Shown here one piece after another: positions 1 through 7,395 of a stretch of DNA of 64,000 nucleotides. The stretch lies in NCBI GenBank assembly GCA_964474825.1, contig CAYYWQ010000001.1, positions 65,420 to 129,419 of the forward strand, given 5' to 3'. Each line of letters opens with the position of its first letter. Within the stretch, counting starts at the first letter, position 1. The stretch comes from an uncultured Candidatus Saccharibacteria bacterium. Its GTDB lineage: Bacteria > Patescibacteriota > Doudnabacteria > UBA920. A model generated the notes under the pieces. That model was not told the DNA's origin, did not search any database, and saw only the letters and a list, made by a program, of their open reading frames with translations. The position numbers were made by a program, and so were the translations under genes.

Positions 1-1
1 A

Positions 2-24
2 AGATTAAAGATTTATGATTTAAG
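2..24. repeat. 23-mer AGATTAAAGATTTATGATTTAAG (copy 1), overlapping purM stop
   Basis: 22/23 identical to 1965-1987. Confidence 0.7.
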
Positions 25-1060
25 GTTTCCAATTTAAATTGCCATGGAATTTAACCTGCTTACTTCCTTTTGTTATTGTGCCAATTTCATAAGTATTAAT
101 ATTAAATTTTTGTAAATGGGCTATTGCTTTGGCAGCGAAAGATTTTTTAACAACCGCGGTAATACCGACTCCCATATTAAAAGTTCTAAGCATGTCCTGG
201 TCTTCTAGTTTACCGTAGTTTTTTAAGGTTTTAAATATGGGCAGAATTTTAATTTTTTCCAAATTAATTTCTGCGTTTAAATTTTGAGGCAATATTCTGT
301 TTAAGTTTTCTTTTATGCCGCCTCCGGTAATATGCGCTAAGCCGGTTAATTCAGAATTGCCGAATAGTCCTTTTAAGGAATTATAGTAGCAGCGATGCGG
401 CGTCAAAATGGTTTTTATAAAAGTTTGTCCGTCAACTTTTTCTTTTAAAATTTTTGGACTACCGGCCATAATTTTCCGGACTAAAGAATAACCGTTGGTA
501 TGAAGGCCGCTGGAAGCTAAAGCCAATACTACATCACCATCTTTAATTTTTGAACCGTCTATAATAGAATTCTTTTCTACTACTCCTACAATACTGGCAC
601 TTAAAATATAAGTCCCGGCTTCCACTACGCCAGGCTGTTCCGAAGTTTCTCCTCCGGTTAAAACGCAGCCGTTGTCTTTGCACGCTTTGGCAAGTGAGGA
701 AACAATTTTTACAACAACGTTTTTTTCTATTTTACCGCAAACTATGCAGTCTTGGACAGAAAGGGGAGTGGCGCCCATAACAATGGCGTCATTAATTAAA
801 TGGCCAACTAAGTCCTGGCAAATAGTTTCAACGCTATTGTTTTGCAGGGCAAGTTTTTGTTTGGTGCCGGGCTCCTCGGTTTTAAAAACCAAAACCGGGT
901 TTTTGTACCCGGGAAAAGAGCCGTCAAACAGCGTGGCAAAAGCGCCAACTTTGTTTAGCACTTTGGCGTTATTGGTCTTAAGCGCCTTAGCCATTTGCCG
1001 TTTGGAGTCATTGGCAACGTCTATATTTACTCCGGAAGTTTTGTAAGATAGTTTGGGCAT
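20..1060 (-). CDS. purM: Phosphoribosylformylglycinamidine cyclo-ligase (AIR synthetase)
   Basis: 346 aa; N-terminal SGVNIDVAN and TGGETSEQPG motifs typical of PurM; part of pur gene string. Confidence 0.88.
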   Translation of the reverse strand: MPKLSYKTSGVNIDVANDSKRQMAKALKTNNAKVLNKVGAFATLFDGSFPGYKNPVLVFKTEEPGTKQKLALQNNSVETICQDLVGHLINDAIVMGATPLSVQDCIVCGKIEKNVVVKIVSSLAKACKDNGCVLTGGETSEQPGVVEAGTYILSASIVGVVEKNSIIDGSKIKDGDVVLALASSGLHTNGYSLVRKIMAGSPKILKEKVDGQTFIKTILTPHRCYYNSLKGLFGNSELTGLAHITGGGIKENLNRILPQNLNAEINLEKIKILPIFKTLKNYGKLEDQDMLRTFNMGVGITAVVKKSFAAKAIAHLQKFNINTYEIGTITKGSKQVKFHGNLNWKP

Positions 1061-1119
1061 TTAGGCCTTGAATGAATAGTTATTTTATGTTATTATTTTG
1101 CAACCTGGAAGGAGGTAAG

Positions 1120-1395
1120 ATGGTTGGACGGAAGCTGCGAGAAATTGTCGGTTGCATGCGTACAGCGGTGGGGGCTCTCGAAAACGCTTTGAAGTCTCCC
1201 GACTTTTCATCCGAGGATAAAGCGGTAATGGGTGCCGCCTTGGAGGATCAGAGGAGTGCCCTCGCGATGATGAGTTGTCTCGAGGGAAATTGTCGTCATC
1301 GGGAAGGTGGCTCGGAACATAACGCGCCTTGGTGGCCTGTTGTGGAAGCCGAAGGCGACGATGCTCACCTTGCGGCCGATGAACCTGTTGGCTGA
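1120..1395 (+). CDS. Small hypothetical protein encoded in GC-rich island (start re-set to ATG with GGAGGT RBS)
   Basis: GGAGGT 9 nt upstream of ATG at 1120; ~60% GC versus ~40% background; followed by hairpin+T-run at 1408-1450; no recognisable family. Confidence 0.4.
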   Translation: MVGRKLREIVGCMRTAVGALENALKSPDFSSEDKAVMGAALEDQRSALAMMSCLEGNCRHREGGSEHNAPWWPVVEAEGDDAHLAADEPVG

Positions 1396-1407
1396 GACCG
1401 TTTCTAT

Positions 1408-1450
1408 GGGAGGCTTTGGGCACCGCGTTCCGAGCCTCCCTTTCTTATTT
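1408..1450 (+). terminator. Rho-independent terminator-like hairpin (GGGAGGCT-17nt-AGCCTCCC) followed by TTTCTTATTT
   Basis: 8-bp GC stem, T-rich tail on + strand; lies 5 nt beyond purE stop on the other strand. Confidence 0.5.
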
Positions 1451-1957
1451 ACTTTCTAAATATTTTTTATAACCCATTTCTTCCAACTTTTTGGCCTTCT
1501 CATTTACTTGGGAAGCCATCTTTTTTTTGTAATCAACTAATTTTGTAGCCACTGTGTCGTCTGCTGTTCCTAAAATCTGCAAAGCCAATAGGCCGGCGTT
1601 TTTGCCGTTGTCTATTCCTACAGTTGCCACAGGAACTCCAGGTGGCATTTGAGCTGTGGAAAGCAGGGAGTCTAAACCGTTTAGCATCCAGTTAATAGGT
1701 ACGCCAATTACCGGCAAGGTGGTGCTGCCGGCCATAACTCCTGCTAAGTGGGCTGCTCCGCCGGCGCTGGCAATTATAACTTTAAGGCCGCGGATAATGG
1801 CAGTGGTCGCGTATTCGTGCGCGCGTTCCGGCGTCCTGTGGGCAGAGCAAACAGTAATTTCAAAGTCTACACCAAACTCTTCCAAAACTTTAGCAGCTTC
1901 CTGCATGGCTTTTAAATCGCTGTCGCTGCCCATTATAATTCCAACTTTTGGGTTCAT
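1445..1957 (-). CDS. purE: N5-carboxyaminoimidazole ribonucleotide mutase
   Basis: 170 aa; GIIMGSDSD...VIIASAGGAAHLAGVMA motifs of PurE. Confidence 0.88.
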   Translation of the reverse strand: MNPKVGIIMGSDSDLKAMQEAAKVLEEFGVDFEITVCSAHRTPERAHEYATTAIIRGLKVIIASAGGAAHLAGVMAGSTTLPVIGVPINWMLNGLDSLLSTAQMPPGVPVATVGIDNGKNAGLLALQILGTADDTVATKLVDYKKKMASQVNEKAKKLEEMGYKKYLESK

Positions 1958-1964
1958 ATATAGT

Positions 1965-1987
1965 AGATTAAAAATTTATGATTTAAG
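1965..1987. repeat. 23-mer AGATTAAAAATTTATGATTTAAG (copy 2), 8 nt upstream of purE start codon
   Basis: 22/23 identical to 2-24. Confidence 0.7.
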
Positions 1988-2002
1988 ATTAATGTTATTC
2001 TA

Positions 2003-2677
2003 TCATTTATTAAGCTTTTTGATAATTGGGATAAGCTCTTTCATATTGTGAATTAAAAAGTCGGGACGGTGTTTTTTTAAGCGGGCAGCCGTGTTGTAAC
2101 CCCCAGTTATACCCACTGTATAAAATCCATTAGCTTTGCCGATTTCAATTTCTTCTTCTGTGTCGCCAATTGAGACAACCTCTTGGGGTTTAAGTTTATT
2201 TTTTTTAACATAATCACAAAGTTTTTGTTCCTTTCCCCGGCTATGTAGTAGCGAATTGTCTCTCTGTTCCCTGGCTAGTATTGTGGTTATAAAACTATTA
2301 AGTTTTAGTCTGACTAGTTGCCCCATTATTTTAGATTTTATATGGTTGCTGTAAATTATGGATTGGACACTGTTTTTACTAAGCCAACTTAGGGTAACTT
2401 TGCTGCCGGTCCTCGTGCGGCATTTGTCGGCAATCGGTTCATAAAAGTCATGAAAGATTATTTCAATTTGATTAGCGTGCTTTTCAAAAAAGCTTCTTTT
2501 CATTCCCAATGCGGTCCAGTACTGGCTTATGGGAATATGAAAACATTTTTGGAACTCATTTAAAGTAATGGTTCTTTTTATTCCTAATTTTTTTAAGGCA
2601 ATATTATCTGCTTTTACTGAAGCAAAGGTATCGGACAGAAGAGTTCCGTTCCAGTCAAATGCGACGAGTTTAATCAT
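2003..2677 (-). CDS. HAD-superfamily hydrolase (phosphatase-like)
   Basis: 224 aa; N-terminal VAFDWNGTL (HAD motif I variant) and C-terminal SIGDTEEEIE (motif IV). Confidence 0.65.
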   Translation of the reverse strand: MIKLVAFDWNGTLLSDTFASVKADNIALKKLGIKRTITLNEFQKCFHIPISQYWTALGMKRSFFEKHANQIEIIFHDFYEPIADKCRTRTGSKVTLSWLSKNSVQSIIYSNHIKSKIMGQLVRLKLNSFITTILAREQRDNSLLHSRGKEQKLCDYVKKNKLKPQEVVSIGDTEEEIEIGKANGFYTVGITGGYNTAARLKKHRPDFLIHNMKELIPIIKKLNK

Positions 2678-2694
2678 AAAATAGTGTACAGTGA

Positions 2695-3978
2695 TTAGTG
2701 GTTGGTCGGTAGTAAAGATTTGGCACCAATATCTGTGCGGTAATGCGTCCCTTCAAAGCTTATTAGCTTTATTGCTTCATATGCTTTGTTTAGCGCGGAC
2801 TTTAAATCGTCAGCAACAGCAGTAACTCCAAGCACTCTTCCGCCATTTGTTGTTAGTTGATTATTATTCATGGTGGTTCCAGCATGGAAAACTAAAATAT
2901 CATTTAACTTTTCCGCTTCTTCAATTCCTGAAATTGGAAAACCTTTTTCATATTTACCGGGATACCCCCCGCTGGCTAAAGCAATGCAGCAAGCAAATTT
3001 GTTTTCCCATTCTATATTAACTTCCGCCAAACGTCCTTCCACACTGGCTTCTAAAATGTCGAACAAATCTGTTTTTAAAAGGCGCATGTAGCTTTGGGTT
3101 TCCGGGTCACCAAAGCGGCAGTTGAATTCAATAACTTTCGGCCCCTCTTTTGTCATTATAAGTCCGGGGTAAAGCAAGCCAACAAAAGGGGAGCCGTTAT
3201 TTTTTAGTCCTTCCAACGCTGGCTTAACAATATCCGAAGAAACTTTTTCCATAACTTCCTTAGTAACCCAAGGCACAGGCGCAATAGTTCCCATGCCGCC
3301 TGTGTTAGGGCCAAGGCCGTTGTTATTTACAGGTTTATGGTCTTGCGATGGCGGCAAGAGTTTAAAGGTTTTACCGTCAGAAAAAGCGTGGATGGAAAAC
3401 TCCTGGCCTTCTAAAAATTCTTCTATGACCACTTGGTTGCCGCTGTCGCCAAAGATTTTTTTAACCATTACGTCTTCGAGGAATTTTTTTGCTTCATCAA
3501 GCGTTTTGCAAACTGCAACACCCTTGCCTAAAGCCAGGCCCGAAGCTTTTATAACAATTGGCGCCCCGGTTTTTTCTAAATATTTTAGAGCGGATTCATA
3601 ATCACCGAAGCTCTCAAATGTCGCAGTTGGAATTCCCTGTTTTTTCATTAGATCCTTGGCAAAAGTCTTGCTGGCTTCTATTTTCGCGGCGGCCTTGGTT
3701 GGGCCCCAAATTTTAAGGCCCCGTTTTTGGAATTCGTCCACCACGCCCAAAGCAAGGGGATCGTCCTGGCCGACAACTGTAAGGCCAATTTTATTTTTTT
3801 CGGCCCAGTCAGCTAAAGCTACAATGTCGGTTGCTTTAATGTCCACATTCTCGCCAACCTGCGCGGTCCCGGCGTTTCCCGGCGCAATAAAAATTTCCCC
3901 CACCTTAGGGGATTGTTTTAATTTCCAGGCTAACGCATGCTCACGTCCGCCACTGCCAATTATTAGAATCTTGTTCAT
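2695..3978 (-). CDS. purD: Phosphoribosylamine-glycine ligase (GAR synthetase)
   Basis: 427 aa; MNKILIIGSGGREHALAWKL start, ATP-grasp core, GPNTGGMG motif. Confidence 0.9.
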   Translation of the reverse strand: MNKILIIGSGGREHALAWKLKQSPKVGEIFIAPGNAGTAQVGENVDIKATDIVALADWAEKNKIGLTVVGQDDPLALGVVDEFQKRGLKIWGPTKAAAKIEASKTFAKDLMKKQGIPTATFESFGDYESALKYLEKTGAPIVIKASGLALGKGVAVCKTLDEAKKFLEDVMVKKIFGDSGNQVVIEEFLEGQEFSIHAFSDGKTFKLLPPSQDHKPVNNNGLGPNTGGMGTIAPVPWVTKEVMEKVSSDIVKPALEGLKNNGSPFVGLLYPGLIMTKEGPKVIEFNCRFGDPETQSYMRLLKTDLFDILEASVEGRLAEVNIEWENKFACCIALASGGYPGKYEKGFPISGIEEAEKLNDILVFHAGTTMNNNQLTTNGGRVLGVTAVADDLKSALNKAYEAIKLISFEGTHYRTDIGAKSLLPTNH

Positions 3979-4007
3979 GATTTTATAAAAAATGCAAATG
4001 CTTTTTA

Positions 4008-4274
4008 CTACCTACAGCAACTCATCATACAAAGAACATCGGAGATCTTGCCCATTAGTTTTTCGTTATTTGGACAATTGTAACCCATACTACAGCTAAC
4101 AAGATGTCCGCCTGAGGCTGAGCATTCTTGGGCGGTGAAAAAAGGTAAGGTATCGGCGAAAGATTTATTTTTATTGTTTTCATAACGAGTCCAAGTTATG
4201 AAGGCCAGTACCCCAATGACCAAAACAATTAGTGTCGCTAGTAAAATTCTAAAAAGACTTTTCCCCATGGTCAA
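4008..4274 (-). CDS. Small Cys-rich membrane-anchored hypothetical protein
   Basis: 88 aa; N-terminal TM helix, 7 Cys in C-terminal half; 4-nt overlap with purN start suggests co-translation within operon. Confidence 0.4.
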   Translation of the reverse strand: MTMGKSLFRILLATLIVLVIGVLAFITWTRYENNKNKSFADTLPFFTAQECSASGGHLVSCSMGYNCPNNEKLMGKISDVLCMMSCCR

Positions 4275-4876
4275 ATTTCCTCCTTCGTTAATTTTTCCAA
4301 AACCTCAACGTATAACTGGTTTTCTTTTTCCTTTAACCTTTTGTACAAGGTTTCCACAGTGTCGTCAGTTTCAATCTTTTCAAAAGTCTTTCCCAGTACA
4401 GGGCCAAAGTCAAATTCCAAAGTTAAAAAGTGAATGGAAGAGCCGGCGTAAGTTGCTTTTTGGTCTAGGAAGTTTTGGATTGCTTTTTCCGTTAGCATTC
4501 CTTTGTTCCAAAGTCCGAAGCTACCGTCAGCGCATTTTATTGAACTATCGATTGTGTCCGGAATGAGGCCTGGGTGCAGGTTTAATATTTTATTTGGAAA
4601 AGCTAAAATAACTTCGTCTAAAATAATTTGTTTCCAGCCGGCTAGGCAAATGTAGTTGGGGTTTAATTTTTTTAGGAGCGGCAGTAGATCTTCTTTTTTG
4701 GGACAAATTTCAATCGGTAAATTGTTCTCCCGCGCGTGCATGAGTCCGGGAGCATCTTCTTTGTCACAAATTACAGCAGAGATTTCGGCTTTAATTTTTC
4801 CACCTTTAACGCCGTCTAATATAGCTTTAAGGTTTGTACCGGTACCGGCGTTGGAAATAAGGACTGCTATGCGCAT
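4271..4876 (-). CDS. purN: Phosphoribosylglycinamide formyltransferase
   Basis: 201 aa; MRIAVLISNAGTGTNLKAILD N-terminus typical of PurN. Confidence 0.85.
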   Translation of the reverse strand: MRIAVLISNAGTGTNLKAILDGVKGGKIKAEISAVICDKEDAPGLMHARENNLPIEICPKKEDLLPLLKKLNPNYICLAGWKQIILDEVILAFPNKILNLHPGLIPDTIDSSIKCADGSFGLWNKGMLTEKAIQNFLDQKATYAGSSIHFLTLEFDFGPVLGKTFEKIETDDTVETLYKRLKEKENQLYVEVLEKLTKEEI

Positions 4877-4900
4877 GGTGAATATTTAAAGATTGAAAAA

Positions 4901-6319
4901 TTAAAATAGGACACCAGGGTCTTTTGCTTCGGCGTAAACTGGTTCTTTGACTGTGGCTTTCATTTCTTTTAAATCTATTGGGTACTCACCGGTAAAACAG
5001 GATGTGCAGAGTTGGTCTTCTGGAACGCCAATGGAGTTAATTAAACCAGGAAGAGAAAGATAGTAAAGCGAAGTTGCTCCTAAAAATTCCCTAATTTGTT
5101 CAACGGTTTTGTGGGAACCAATTAGTTTTTCTTGCTTTGGAGTATCGATTCCATAAAAGTCCGGGTACTTAACAGGAGGGGAGCTAACTAGAAAATGCAC
5201 TTCTTTGGCGCCGGCTTCAAAAATCATTTTAACTATTTGCCTACTGGTAGTGCCCCGTACAATAGAGTCGTCTATAATTACCACTCGTTTGTCTTTTAAT
5301 ACTTCGGTTAAAGGTGTGAGTTTTAATTTAACACCCAAGTCCCGGCTGTGCTGTTCGGGCTGAATAAAGGTGCGGTGAATGTAACGGTTTTTTACCAAAG
5401 CCATTTCCATTGGGATTTTTGAAGCTTTGCTGTAGCCGCTGGCAACAGGTACGGCTGTTTCCGGAACCGGCACTATAATGTCGGCTTCTATGGGGCATTC
5501 TTCAAAAAGTTTGGTTCCGCAATTGTGGCGGACCTGGTAAACAGATTGTCCGGAAATGTTGCTGTCGGGTCTGGCAAAATAAACAAATTCAAAAACATCC
5601 ACTTTAGTTTTTGGCTGTTCTATTTGCACGCTTTCAATGCCGGCTTCTGTAACAACAACCATTTCTCCTGGGTTTACTTCGCGTTCAAAGGTGGCGCCAA
5701 CTGTGTGGAAGGCACAAGTTTCAGAAGCAAAAACTACGGCGTCATCTACCTTTCCCATAGCCAGAGGACGAATGCCAAAGGTGTCGCGAACCGCAACTAA
5801 AGTGTCCTTAGTCATTACAGTTAAGCAAAACGCTCCGGTAAACAGCGGGTAGGATTTAAGCACTGCATTTTTTAAACTTTCTCCGTGCTCTATATAATAG
5901 GAAATAGCCTTGGCCATAAGTTCACTGTCGTTACTGTCTTCTGTTGGGATGTCTTTGGCCTCTAAAAATTCTTTAAGTGCTGTAACGGACGGCAAATTAC
6001 CGTTGTGCGCCAAAGCCACCAAGCTATCTTTAGTAATTACCGGTTGCGCGTGTTTTAAATGCGATCCTTCCGAAGTGGAGTAACGGTTGTGGCCAATAGC
6101 AATATGACCTTTTAAATTTTGGATAGTTTCTTCATTATAAACATGTGTAACCAGCCCCATGTTTTTGTAGCAGTCTATTCGGTTTCCATCTGCTGTAGCT
6201 ATTCCGGAAGATTCCTGGCCTCTGTGCTGTAATGCAAAAAGACCATAGAAAGTCAGTCTGCTGACATCTAGATTTTTTCCATAAATTCCAAACACCGCGC
6301 ATTTATGTTTTAGGTCCAT
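4901..6319 (-). CDS. purF: Amidophosphoribosyltransferase
   Basis: 472 aa; CAVFGIYG N-terminal nucleophile region, PRTase motif VVIIDDSIVRGTT, C-terminal Cys cluster. Confidence 0.9.
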   Translation of the reverse strand: MDLKHKCAVFGIYGKNLDVSRLTFYGLFALQHRGQESSGIATADGNRIDCYKNMGLVTHVYNEETIQNLKGHIAIGHNRYSTSEGSHLKHAQPVITKDSLVALAHNGNLPSVTALKEFLEAKDIPTEDSNDSELMAKAISYYIEHGESLKNAVLKSYPLFTGAFCLTVMTKDTLVAVRDTFGIRPLAMGKVDDAVVFASETCAFHTVGATFEREVNPGEMVVVTEAGIESVQIEQPKTKVDVFEFVYFARPDSNISGQSVYQVRHNCGTKLFEECPIEADIIVPVPETAVPVASGYSKASKIPMEMALVKNRYIHRTFIQPEQHSRDLGVKLKLTPLTEVLKDKRVVIIDDSIVRGTTSRQIVKMIFEAGAKEVHFLVSSPPVKYPDFYGIDTPKQEKLIGSHKTVEQIREFLGATSLYYLSLPGLINSIGVPEDQLCTSCFTGEYPIDLKEMKATVKEPVYAEAKDPGVLF

Positions 6320-6323
6320 AATT

Positions 6324-6527
6324 TTATTCTCCTCCCAGTTCAGGATCAGTTTTAGGGAGCTGGTTATCGCTGTAGTATCCTGCTTTCCAATTTACATCTT
6401 CCGGTGTGCCAGCAGGATGCCCACTAACCAGTAGTCTATTTTCTGTTTTAGCCCTGGCGCCTTTAAATTTTGCTTTAGCTGACTTAATTTCTTTTTCTGA
6501 CGGGCCGCCTTCAAATTCCAATGACAT
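6324..6527 (-). CDS. Small hypothetical protein (sits at the position usually occupied by purS)
   Basis: 67 aa, Lys/Gly-rich, no PurS similarity; tightly packed between purF and purQ. Confidence 0.3.
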   Translation of the reverse strand: MSLEFEGGPSEKEIKSAKAKFKGARAKTENRLLVSGHPAGTPEDVNWKAGYYSDNQLPKTDPELGGE

Positions 6528-6528
6528 A

Positions 6529-7299
6529 TTATTTAAAATAATTAATTGCGTTTTTAAATATTTGTAAACCCGGGCCGTTTTTTGGGAAAGGCAAACCCTT
6601 TCTAATCAACTTTTGCTTAATTAACGGCCAGTTTGGTAATTGGGTAAAGAACATGGCGCGTTCTGGGTGGGGCATTATTCCTAGTACTCTTCCATTATAA
6701 CCTGTTATGGCCGCAATATCTAACATTGAGCCGTTGGGGTTGGGGTTTAGGTTTTGGTAATCGCAAATTTCACCTTTTGTGTAGTTGGCAACTATTGCTC
6801 GGTCTTTTTTAAGTTGTTTGATAGTTTTATCATCAGCAAAATATTTTCCTTCGCCATGAGCAATAGGTAACATCAACTTTTTAATTCCGGAAAGCCAAGG
6901 GCTGTGGCCGGAAATTTTTAAATCTACCCAGCGGTCGGTGTAGCGCGCGTTTGTATTTACAGTTAATGCTCCTGGAAGCAGACCGGTGTTGGTAAGAATT
7001 TGGAAGCCGTTGCAAATTCCAATAACCAGTTTGTCTTTGGTTGCGAATTCGTACAAATAATTTTTTAAATGGTTTTTTAGTTTGTTGCCATAAGCTTTGC
7101 CGCTGCCTGTGTCATCACCATAGCTAAAGCCTCCGGGTATGGCCAGGATTTGATATTTCATTAGCTGTTTTTTGTTTGCCACTAAATCGTTAACATGAAC
7201 CATATCGGCCTTGCCTCCAACTAATTCAAAAGCCGCAGCAGTTTCCTGTTCGCAGTTTAGGCCGTAACCAGCTAATACTATTACTTTTGGTTGCTTCAT
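6529..7299 (-). CDS. purQ: Phosphoribosylformylglycinamidine synthase, glutaminase subunit
   Basis: 256 aa; class-I GATase motifs (IPGGFSYGD, catalytic Cys in GICNGFQ, HPE). Confidence 0.88.
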   Translation of the reverse strand: MKQPKVIVLAGYGLNCEQETAAAFELVGGKADMVHVNDLVANKKQLMKYQILAIPGGFSYGDDTGSGKAYGNKLKNHLKNYLYEFATKDKLVIGICNGFQILTNTGLLPGALTVNTNARYTDRWVDLKISGHSPWLSGIKKLMLPIAHGEGKYFADDKTIKQLKKDRAIVANYTKGEICDYQNLNPNPNGSMLDIAAITGYNGRVLGIMPHPERAMFFTQLPNWPLIKQKLIRKGLPFPKNGPGLQIFKNAINYFK

Positions 7300-7395
7300 A
7301 AAGTTTTCTGTCTTTACGAACTACGAATCGGTACTAATATACGAATTCTAGATGTTAGCATTAGTATATTCGTAACAAATTAGTAGTTAGTAAAG

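Noticed and set aside
672-1046. Numerous 60-170-aa track ORFs antisense to or embedded in large genes (e.g. 672..1046, 1656..2051, 8420..8944, 43936..44730, 47412..48509, 53436..54554)
   Set aside because: They overlap well-supported genes on the opposite strand or in other frames, have low-complexity translations and no start signals; expected background in long ORF-dense DNA.
7318-7332. 11-mer GAACTACGAAT shared between 7321 and 55866
   Set aside because: Exact 11-14-mer repeats are expected several times by chance in 64 kb.
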